From: Isurus oxyrinchus | Lineage: Eukaryota | Assembly (NCBI GenBank): GCA_026770705.1 | Contig: JANJGN010000010.1 | Coordinates: 39,928,001 to 39,992,000, forward strand | Length of the DNA stretch: 64,000 nt | Reading direction: 5' to 3' | Part shown: piece by piece, positions 37,401 to 49,400 of the stretch | Position numbering within the stretch: the first letter of the stretch is position 1 | Layout of the letters: each line of letters starts with the position of its first letter | Translations under genes and position numbers: made by a program | The notes under the pieces: model-generated | What the model saw: only the letters and a program-made list of their open reading frames with translations | The model's database searches: none | Told to the model about the DNA's origin: nothing

Positions 37401-40400
37401 TTTGCAGCCCCCTCCATAGGATAGTGTTGGTGGGGATTTACAGAGCCTGCAGAATTAGTGAACTGAGATATGCATAAAGTGCTCTTTGTGAACTGAACTG
37501 AGAACATCAGGATGGCCAGACAGTTCTTAGCATTATATAAAGAGAGACCCTGGTGTAATGCGGTACTCAGCAACCTATAATGTAACAGTGACAGTGCATT
37601 CGCCATTGTGACTACTTAAACAAAATTTCCAAAAGTATTGACCCATGAAAGTACCACCTTCAAAATAGCATTTATCATGGTTGTTACGAATTTGCTTTGG
37701 GTAGAAGCATCAGCTAAATTACTATAATAATAATTAACAATATAATATTCAAATTCAGCCATCGCATTAAAGCAGTGGGTGAGTTGAACATTTCTGTCTT
37801 CGCTCTGAAAAACTAAATTAAGTTGATTTTTATGTGTCTGTGCCCACAACTGATTTTGTCCATGTATGAATGGCTCTTTACACAAAAAGGTTCCCCACCC
37901 CTGCCCTAAACCAAAGCCACCAAAAAGCTTCAAATAAACAAGCATTCCTTTTATAATAAAAAAGTAGCAAATGCTGGAAACATTAAGCAGGTCAGGCAGC
38001 ATCTGTGTAGAGAAACAGAGTTAATGTTTTAGACCGATGATCCTTCATTAGAACAGATGAAGTATCACAACCTGAAATGTTAACTGTATCTCTCTCCACA
38101 GATGCTGCCTGGCCTGCTGATTGTTTCCAGCATTTTCTGTTTTTATTCTAGATTTCTAGCATCTGCAGTACTTTGCTTTTGTATTTGTATTCTTTTCACC
38201 TGTTATTGGTGGGACAATGCTGTGGTTAACATGAACATTTCCCTCAGTACACCTGCAATTCTGTCACTGTCCTCGATTCTCTTCTGAGGTACTCTACCAA
38301 CTTTTCAGACTTTATGAGATTCAAAGAAAAGTTTGGAAAGCCCCTCTTACATTGAAATCCAGGCTGAGATTATATGTGTTTTTATTGTAAGAGAATATAT
38401 ACTGAGTGCCGAATGATAAGAATCAAAATTATGTACTTAGCATAAATATTTACCTCTTTTATTGTGAGGAATCATCTCAAGAACGGCACCACCAGTATCA
38501 TCTTCACTTTCTTTTGACTTTTGTTGTCCTGAACCACAATGCAGAAAAAAATATATCAGCAGGCACACAAACTGACCTGAGTTGAATCCTGAATGTATCA
38601 ATTTATGTGACATCATTCTAGATTCTCATTTAAATGCCTTGTATTAGAAATTTTTGATACCACTTTGATGAAACATTTGTTTCATTGGTCTTTCATTGTT
38701 CAAGTATAATAAAGCAGAACTAAATGTTTGCTTATTGTGAACATTGAAGTGAGAAATGTCATAATGACAACTATTTGTTAATTTCCAGCTGTTCAATGAT
38801 GTTTAATCTGTTTATTTATAATCAGTGTGCAGAATGTCACCCGAAAACATGGTAATCTATATTTAAAAGCAACAGAAACAGAATATTTGTGAGGCATGCT
38901 CAGCTGATGTCAACGTGTTTTATTTAACACTCACACATGTCCCACCTGCCAAGCTAAAAATTCTGATCATGAAGTATGAACTGAAAATGGACACTTTCTG
39001 GGAGCAGAAATGGAGCAAGAGGTCAGCCTGGAACTGTAAGCAAACTCAGCTAATTTTCATATCTAGACAATGCTTCAGAAAATCATTAACCTTCCTCCAC
39101 TAATGGCTATATTTCTCCAACTAAATAAAACACTGGGTTCACAGGATTTGGTAAATGGAAGGCAAATAGTATTTCAAACCCTCTATAAGTTGGTGTCATG
39201 ATTTCCAGCTGAAGGTTTTCATAATCATATGTCCATAAGTTTGTGTGATGTACAAAATGTAGAAATTACCTGCTGTGACCTTCAGTACTGTGCTTTCAGT
39301 ACAGGTTCCCTCACTGGTGTCCTGTTTAACTTCAACAATTAATTCAGCACCATCATCCTTGGATACATCAGGACACAGTGTAACGGAGCAGGGAATGAGG
39401 AAACCGTCAGATGTACGTTGTAATTCTGGCACCTCAGCACTGAAGGAATCATCTTTCTCACATAAATCACATACATTTTTGAGGGGACTTGTTACCCTCT
39501 TTGGTCCTGATAACTGCTCTGCTGAAATTTTCCAGTGAAATAACTTCTTTGCCTTCTGCTCCCCTTTCCTCTTCACAGATGTAACAATGTTCACCACCTC
39601 TGGACTGAACACAGTAACTTCCCAAATCAGATTGGTTTCCTCACCATCTATGATTTCACAAGGTTTCTTGATATCACTAATTGAAGGTGGAGCTAGAAAA
39701 AAAAAGTCATTATTGTGATATAAACTCTTATGGTCCAACTCTCTTCTATGTATTCTTATCTAGACACAAATTGGGAACTGAATTGACAGGAATGTCTATT
39801 GAACAACTAGGTGCACAATTAATAGGTTCTCAGTTGCAGATGCCTCACTTTCTCCAAGCTACATACAAGTTCTGCTCAAACTGAGTTCCCTTGATTACAC
39901 TGGGCTATTAACAAGCTAATGGACCACTGTTTGAGCCTTTTCGAGTGAATAATTTGTTGTTACTCAGCTTGAGGCAGCTTTATAAGTAAAGTTAGTTTCA
40001 GCCAGCAAGATTAGTGAACTGCAAGCTCTAGTGTAGAGCCACCCTATGGGAATCGTAAACTTTACTATGTAAACACACACAGGGGAGAATTTCCCCCCGG
40101 TTCGGGGGGAGATGTTCAGGAGCAGGTGCTTGCAGGTGGGCCTCCAGTCAGTGCCCACAATCAGGGCTGCGCTGCCATTTTACGTGGGCAAGCCGATTAA
40201 GTAATTAAGGCCCACCCAGCGTAACATCTGCCAGCAAGTGCTATGCGCTCCCTGTGGAAGCGGGGGGAAATCTCCTAAGTCGGGAATGCGCTCTTACGTG
40301 CATGTGCATGAAAGTGCACGCTCATCTCCCTGAGGAAAAATGCTGCCTCAGGGACATCAGCGACAAATTCAAAAATGGTAAATGCGCAAACATAAAATTT

Positions 40401-43400
40401 CCCTGACATGTCCCCTCATGTGACACTGTCACGAGTTGGCACATGGCCATCACTTTTTTCAAACTTTAAAAACAATTTTAAAACCTTGATGAAACCTCAT
40501 CCCACCCACGGATGAGGTTTTATGCTTTTTCTGAAGCCCGCCAGGTCTCCCGGCCTGACCGCCAACTTTAAGGTTGGACAGGCAAGTCCATTAACTACTT
40601 TAATTACTTTTTAAACAGCCTCAATCGGCCATTGACAGGTCGGCGGGCACACAGCTGATTCGGCTGCGACCCCACCCACCTGAAAATAGAAATGACGCGG
40701 GGTGACTTTGGGAGTTCTGCCTGACATCATCCCATGTCATTTTACGAGTCGGGCCCCGCCCCTCGCTCGCCAACCTCAATATCCTGGCCACAGTGTTCTT
40801 CTATACTCAGCTGAGGTCATCAAGTTGGTCAGATAATATTTGGCGTTATATGGCAATAAAACTCTGTTAATTTAGTATTCAGCAGCTTATACGCTAAATG
40901 GAATGTATTAATCATTGCTAATATCTAACAGAATCCCACATCGAGGCCTGTCTACAGGACCTTCAGTCTTCCAGTTGGCTTAGCTGGTAGCAATCTCAGT
41001 TTTAATTCATAATCTTGTGGGTTCGAGCTCCACTCTCAGGCTTGAGCACAGAATCCAGGTGACACTTCAGTGTTCGACTGAGGGAGTGCTACATAGTTGA
41101 AGGTGCCAATTTCTCAAGCATGTATTAAACAAGGGACTATCTGATTGCTCAGGTGGATGTAAAAGATCCCTTGACACTTTTATAAGAAGAACAGGCTACT
41201 CTCTGGTTATAGTAAATCATTATTTTCTCTCAACCAATGCCACCAAAAAAGCCCAGAATAGTCTACAACATTAAAGGTGGGTGGAGGTAATGTTTTTACC
41301 CGTTTGTTAGTCTGTTTGTACGTCCGTAAACATTATATTTTTAAAAACTAATGGACAGATTTCAACAAAAATTAGTACACAGATAGGTGATGGTCCAGAA
41401 AAGAATGGATTAGTTTTTGGTGAAGATGCAGATCTGGATTCAGATCCTGTTTTGTTTAAAAAATGTATCCTTTAACATTGGGAGATAGGGAAAATCGTAT
41501 TTTTTTTAAAAGAATGTTGTGAATTCTGTCAGCCACTGTGGTCATATTTGTCACAGCTATCAAAATGTGAGCAGTGTTTTCAGAGCAGCTTGTTGGATGT
41601 GCATTGGCCTAAAGCCTCCTCAGTTTTTAAGCTCTTTATAAAAGTATTGATATTTTCAGCTTTGTGGTTGCAGAGCATCAACCAGGCAGGAAAATGCCTC
41701 AAGGAAGAGCTGTATAATTATAATAATGTTGAGTTCACACAGCGTGGCAGGGGTATGTGCTCTATTGAGCCCCCTCTTCGTTTGTTATTTGTTGTTTTTG
41801 GGACCTTGCTGAGCATATTTCAATGATGATTTCCATTACACCTGCATTTCAGTCACTGCCCCAGAATCTCTCCTGTGATGCTGAACCAACTTTTGAATCT
41901 TTGAGAGAATCAGAGTTAATATTTCAATTTTGTATGACTCTTCTTCAGTGCAAAACGTTAACTCTGTTTCTCTCTCTACACAGATGCTGCCAGACCTACT
42001 GAGTTTTTCCAGCATTTTCTGTTTTTATTTCAGGTTTACCACATCCACAATATTTTGCTTTTATTTTGAAACTTGCAGTCTGGATAATGAAAAGTTTGGA
42101 CTGACCCTGTCCCATTGAAATTTACCTGAAATTATCTGTCTCCTAATTGTTGTTGAATATATGACTGAGTGTGTTCAGATTAAATTGATAAGAACGGAAA
42201 TTATGTACTCAGCATAAAGATTTACCTCTTGGAGATTGAGAACTCTGCTTCTCAATAAGAGCTCTGCCAGTATCATCTTCAATTTCTTTTGCTTTGCTTT
42301 GTCCTTAAACAACATAAAGCAGAACCAAACATCTGGTTATTATCAAATTTATACTAAGTTATAGCAGTGCGAGTTTTCTGTCCTGCAGTAGGTTTTTGGC
42401 CCGTCAGACCATCCCAAATGAACACAGCTACAGGACATGTATCCACCTCAAATTTCTCTGGTGCAGAATCATTGAACTATATTGTGAAGTGGAGACACTG
42501 TGACACATAAGGGTGGAAACAGTATCTGGCCAATTTTCTCTGGACTTTGGTGACATCTTATATAGAAGTACAGGCTCAGAATGCAGTTAGTGTGACCATT
42601 TATGTGCAGAATTGGGGGAATCCAGGTTAGGTAGAAACCATAGAAATTGATCCCATTTAACAGGTACCGTATATCAGCTACCAGTGTGGATAGCCAGACA
42701 GATAGGCAGAATACGAATAATACCAACATTGGAGCAGCAGATTGTCAAAAGTAGGAGGAGGAGGAGGGAAAGCTTAGTGTGGTATTTGTAAGAGATTCGA
42801 TAATTAAGGGGACAGATAGCATTTGTTGTAAGCAGGATCGAGAGTCCTGTATGGTTTGTTGTCTAATTAGTGCTGGGGTGAGGGACATCTCAAACTGGCA
42901 TGAAATTATTTCAGAGATGGATGGGTGGATCCAATTATTGGAGTCCACGTTGGAATCAACAACATGGTAAAGAGTAGGAAAGAGATCCTATTCAGAGACT
43001 ATCAGCATCTAGGAGCTAAATAAAGGGCAGCATTTCAAAGATTATTATCTCTGGATTATTTCCCAGGCCACATACAAATCAGCATTGGGATAAATAAACT
43101 AGGGAGGTGAACACATCATTGAACAGGTAGCGTGGGAAAGAGGGCTTCTTGAAGGACATCTGGAGTCACTTCAGAGCATGAGCGAGTTTCCTGGATCATT
43201 TGTTCCAGGAGGTGGCCACCTCATAGGCACTAAGAGTTCAGGATAGCAAATGAGTGACCATCTGGAAGCGTAGGGAAGAGCAGGAAGTGCAGGTGTCTTC
43301 AGGATGTGTGCCAACCTGAAACTGATACTCATCACTGGCGACTGCTGGATGCCAACACCCAGAAAGAGTGCAGTCCTCATCATGGCACCAACGGGCAAAT

Positions 43401-46400
43401 GATTGCATGGGGGGAACAGCAAAGTTTAGCAATGCAGTAGAGGAGATTCCATAGTTACGCAGGCAGACAGACATTTCTGTTACACTCATCTTGAGTTCCC
43501 GATGGTGTGGGGCATTGGAACTAGGTCTCAACAAGACTGGGACCAATGTCCTCAGGGGAAGGTTCATTATTTTGGTTAGGGAGGGTTCAAACTTAATTGT
43601 GGGGTGCTGTAGGGAGACGAACAGTTGGGAGCATTGAGCACCAGAGTATTGAAATAGAAAAGTGGAATAAAGGTGCTTAAAGGAGGGACAGTGTTCAATT
43701 GTACTAGAAAAGGAAGTAGTAACATATTAGGTAGCAGCAAGCTAAGAAGGATTATGAAGAATACAAAGACAGGTTGAGAATGCATGTATGTAAACGCACA
43801 AAGTGTGGTGAATAAGCTTTGTGAGCCACAAGCAAAATAGTTGTGTGCAAACATGGAGTAGTGGCAATAATAGAAGTCTGGCTTAAAAATAATGAAAACT
43901 GGGTACTTAATGTTCATAGATCCAAAGTGGTCAGAAGAGGTGGGGAAGGAATAAAGGAAGATGGGTGGCAGTACTGATTACAGAAGAGATTGTAGTGTTG
44001 GAAAGAGACAATGTCCTTAAGGGATTAAGGCAGATTCCACTTGATTGGAGTTGAAACTCAAAAAGTGTATGGCCTCCAAATAGTGAGAGAAAGGGATGGA
44101 GGGGCAATTCTGGAGGAAAATCTTAGAGCTTTGTAAGAAATGTAGAATAGTTATATTGGGGTATGTTTGTTACCCAGATATTGACTAGGATAATGTCAGA
44201 GGAACGGGTATGGAGGAGGAGGACTTTTTGAAATGTGTTCAGGAGAACTTCCTTGATTAGTATGTTTTTGGTCCAATTAGAAATGAGGCATTGCTGGATC
44301 TGATGCTGGGGAATGAGGTTGGCCAATTAGATCAATCATCTGTGCCAGAGTAATTGGGTAAGAGTGATCATTGTATCATAAGTAATGGAGAAGAGCAAGG
44401 AACAATCTACATAGAACTTCTAATTTGGAAGAGGGCTAACTTCAATGGGATGAGAGGGGATTTTGCCTAAGTTGGACAAAAAAATGTACCTCTAACAGAA
44501 CAATGGGTGACCTTTAAAGAACAGATGTTTCAAGCATAAGCCAGGTATACTCCATCAAAAGGGAAAAGCAGGAGAAACAAAACTAGGGCTTCTTAGATGG
44601 CAAGAGCAATCAAGAATATGATGAATCAAAAAATAGGGTGTATGATGCATATCAGTCGAATTCCTCAAGTAAGAACCAGGCTAAATATAATACGTTGAGA
44701 AGAGAAGTAAAGAGGAAAATAAGATTTGCAAAGAGAGAGCACGAGAATAGAATTGCAACTAACATATTCTAACATATGATATCGAGTGTGGGATGTGGCA
44801 AACACTGAAAATGTTACAAAGCAACTGCAAGAGAATATGGATAGACTAGTAGAATAGGCATTCAGGAGGCAAAAGGACACTAATGCACTGAAGTGCTAGG
44901 TGATGCATTTTGCTGAAGGGATAAGGAGAGACAATCTATGGCAAAGCTAGTTCCAAAGAGTGTGCAGGGACAGAGGTTCTCATGCATAGATTTTTAAAGT
45001 TGGCAGGACATATCAAAAGAGGAGTTAGCAAATCAAATGGGATCACAGGCATCATAAGGAAAGATATTGAGTACAAGAGCTAGGAAGTTATGCTGAACTT
45101 TTATGAAACTCTGGTTAGGCCACAATTAGAGAGATTTGCGAAAGGTGTAGAAGATTAAGACAAATCTAGTTAAGGTAGATTAAAAAGGCTGACAGTACAA
45201 GGACTAGATGACACAGATTTAAGGTTTTGGGCAAGAGATGCAGGGGGGATGTGAAGAAGAACTTATTTTACGCGGGGAGTGATGATGACCTGGAACTCCC
45301 TGCCTTGCATGGTGGTGTGGGAGTGGGAAGTAGTCAATGATTTCAAAAGGAAATTGGATGGGAACAAGGGAAATGAACCTGCAGGGGATACAACAGACGA
45401 GTGAGACTGACTGGATTGCTCCACAGAGAGCCAGCATGGACTCGATAGACTGAATAGCATCCTTTTGTGCTGCAAGGACTTGTGATGAAAGGATTAACAG
45501 TCCCGTGGTGAAGCCAATGATTATCATAACGAGGCCAACTAATGCTAGTCAAAACCAGTGTTAGAGAAAACAAAGCAAATCCACAAATTGTGATTCCTTG
45601 CCAAGAAATCTTTCTGTAGTTCAATACATTAACAAATATTCAATATCTTTAATAAAATTTCCAAGCAAAAATTCCAATAATCAAGTAGTTCTCACTTTAT
45701 CATTTGTAGTTTTTCCTTATGAAAATGAAAAGGACCTTACTTTTATGTTTTTTGTTCCAGAAATAATATCCCAAACATACTGCACAAAGCACAACAAAGC
45801 CACAGATGCTTCCAATAATTGGTCCTATTGGTATTTGTTCTGTTAAAGTAGAAAACACAGACAACAGTTGAAAATTTGACAATAAATAAGTTGTATCATT
45901 TTCATATATATTCATTAGAAGCCATATCTGTCCTGTTTTTTATTAATCATGTCTGTTTATTTTCTAGAAGATGTGGTAGAAATGGGTACGTATTGATGTG
46001 AAATAGATGCAATCTTGATAACCTTAGCAGTGGTAGTCTGAAGCCAATCTCATGTGCATTTGGTCTTATGCTAAATTATTCAGGCTTACTTTTTAGTCAT
46101 CCTGGAAAATGTCCTTACAATGGGCAGAATTTTCTGTTTTTCAGACTAAGGGTGGAATTTTCTGTGCCCGCTGGCATCTGGCATGTTTGGGGGCCTGAGC
46201 AGACAATATGGCGAGAAGACCAAAATCAGTTTCAAGACGTCATGAAAATGCGTTGTAATACATCTGCATATCATTATAAGCCCAGCTCGCCAGGATCATT
46301 CTCCCATACTGGATCATCCGGTCACATCGGCATGTGTTTGTTTCACAACTGAACATAAGTGACATGCACCAGGCAAGTTGCACTTCACTCGGGACTTTGA

Positions 46401-49400
46401 GGCTTGTTTGCCTACCTTGCTTCCAGCAGCACTCGCGGTCATCAGCACCAGGCTTCACAGACACAACCACATCACTTATAGGGGGGTTAAGCCAGGTCTC
46501 TAATTACCAGACTAGCCATAAGGCTTTTCAATGGCATCAGGACTAGGGCTTGCTTGGCAAAGGGGGAAAAGTGGTCTCAGGCAAGGGAAGAGGTTGCAGG
46601 GCTGTACTGTGGAAGGAGGGTACCCAGGGTTTGTGTGGGGACACATGATGATCTGTGCAAGTGGCCTCAAGAGGGTGAGGGCTGAGGAGGCAGTCTCCAG
46701 AGGAGGTGAGGCCAGGTTGAGATGTGAGGGTCTGTGTGAGACAGTGAGTAGTGATGTCCCTTGAGCCAGCAGTGAGTAAGATGCCAGTGAATGTGTGATG
46801 GGCTTGTGAGTGTGTGAGTTTACAGTGATGAAATGGCTGCCTTACTCGGGCGGCATGGATAAGATCATTCATCCTTTTTCTGCACTAGATGACCAACCTT
46901 TTCTCTGCAGCACTGGCACTGACCAACACTGTCACCACCTCCCAAGCCGGAGTGGTGACACCGATGGGCCTCCTGCAGCCAGACCGGGGGTAGAGGACAT
47001 CGCAATGCACTCCAATGGTGTCCAGAAGGCATCCCAGTGATGCGCTACGGAATTGGGAAGCTGCACTCTTCATGGCTTTTGGGGCCACTTTTACACCGGT
47101 GCCCTCCTGGGCTGGAAGCACTGAGATGTGTGCCCGTGGCTGCACTTTAAGTATGTTGCCCGGCATGAGTAAATGACAAGGTGAGGGTGAATCGGAGGCT
47201 GCCCACCAGCGAAGCAGCGTGTTTGCAGGGAATGCATGATTAATGAGGCTGGATTGGGATGCTACAGCATGAAAAGCTATCATTTTGGCCGGTGGATAAA
47301 ACGTCCTTCTTCCTGCCTGCTACCACACTCAATGTGAATCTGGGATGATTCTGCCCTAAGTGCAGTGGCAGGTGGGATAGTCGGAGGCCGGATTTTCTGC
47401 TCAAAAGCTCATTAGTTATGCATCAGAGAGCTGCTCACCGAATCACTTGGTGGGGTGGGCAGTAATTCGCCCGTCTGCCATTACCTCATGGGGTACCTCA
47501 GGCACCATATTTAAGAGGAGTCCAAACACACATTCACTCTCTGCAGGCGCACTGTATGCTGTCACCAAACACAATGTCCGTTGGGAGAAGAAAGCCCCAT
47601 GTGCTACAATTCAGCCATGACTCCCTGGTGACTGTCATCCAGGCCGTGTGCGAACGCCATGATGTCCTCTTCCTGAGGGGTGGCATCAGGAGGACAACCA
47701 TCCTGATCTTGCCGGACTGGGAGGAGTTCGCCAGGGAGGCCTGTGCCCATGGCCCACAGAAAAGAAATGCGCTGCAGCTCAGGAAGAGGATGAATGTTCT
47801 CATTCGCTCCACCAGTGTAAGTCTACCTTCCATTCACTCTAGACTCACACTCTTAAAAGGGCATCGGGCACTCTAAGGGTCACAGTCCACAGGGATTCAA
47901 ACACTATTAGCATAAGGGTCATCTTGACTGAATGTCTCACACACACTTTAACATCACCACAATCTCATGTATCATCTTGCACACTCAACATTTTCTACCC
48001 TTACTGGGGAGGGCACAGCACACACGGCAGCAATGTATGCTTCCCAACCTCTCTTCCATCTGTTCCATCACATTCCATTCCATCTGTCTTCATATAGGAA
48101 AAGCTAGCCCACAACAAGAGGGGAGATGCCAGGCTGGTGGAGGAACCCCTGAGATCCAGGATCTGACTCCCTTTGAGGAGGAGGCAGGTATGTTGGCAGG
48201 GGAGGACAGGGATCGCTCCTGTGGCAAAGGTGAGATTGGCTTCCCCCAGTTGGGTTAACCCTCCATTAGTTGGATACATCATGACCTTCACAGTGAGTTA
48301 AATGTAATGTTGGATTCTGCCTACTCAGGAACTAATTCTACCTTTTCCCTCTTTCAGCTCCCAGCAGGAGCAGGCCAGGACATATCTACAACCAGCAGCT
48401 CAACCCAGCCCACCTCAGATGATGATGCTGAGGATCCACTAGACATAGAGCCATCACTGCGTTCACCTCCACCCTCCACCAGCACAGAGACACACACCTC
48501 AGTGGGTCCTATATCTAGATTAGGGTTGGGTTCACTCTCTAAAGAACATCTCATTGACAAATCTCCCCAGCAATCGGAGGCAATGACAGCCCAGGCCCCT
48601 GGCACTCGGAGACTGTTGGGGAACAGGCCCCTCCTGAATCCGAGTCTGATGATCAGCCTCTGCAGTAGGCCACTGTACACATGCTAGAGATGCAAAGGCA
48701 GGCAGGGGAACATCAGGCAGAGCTGTCAGAGGCAGTCACCAGACTAGAACGAAGGATGGAAGACTCTGTCTGCATTCTTTCTGATGTCGTGGTTCCGGCA
48801 TGTGATCGCCTCAAGGTCTCCATGGGAAGGTGGCGGCTGCCTTGGAGACCACAGTCCAGGTGTTTTTGCCTGATTTGTGTTCGGATCATCACTCCATCAC
48901 TCTAGGCATGGATGGGATCCATCAGGGGCTTGGCGAGAGGGGTACAAGGCACCTCAAAATCACTTCAGGTGCCTTTTTCCTCAAGGAGCCAGAGAGGAGC
49001 CCTTGGGGACACAAAGGGAGAAGGAGCGTCGGCTGGACACCCGAACCATCCACACAGGACACTTCAAGGGTGTTCAGCCATTCCCAACCCCCTCTGCCTG
49101 TGACCCCATCAGCTCCAGATGCTCAGGCCAAGGAGGGTGCACCTGCCCCACAGCAGGAGGCCCAAAGCAGGCTGGGGCCCTCCGATGTCACCTCAGGCAA
49201 TATGACATGGTAGTCATACCCTTCCTGCAAATAACCGCCTCCCACAGTGATGTGTCTGTATGCACCCCTTCCCTCTCATGCTCTAATAAACCACCCCAGT
49301 TCCTCCACCCCTAGTCATTCCTCCGCAGCCCTTCCCACCCTTGTTCCTCATAATTGTACCCACCCTCAGTCATTTCTCTGCCTGCCATCCCTCACTCCCT

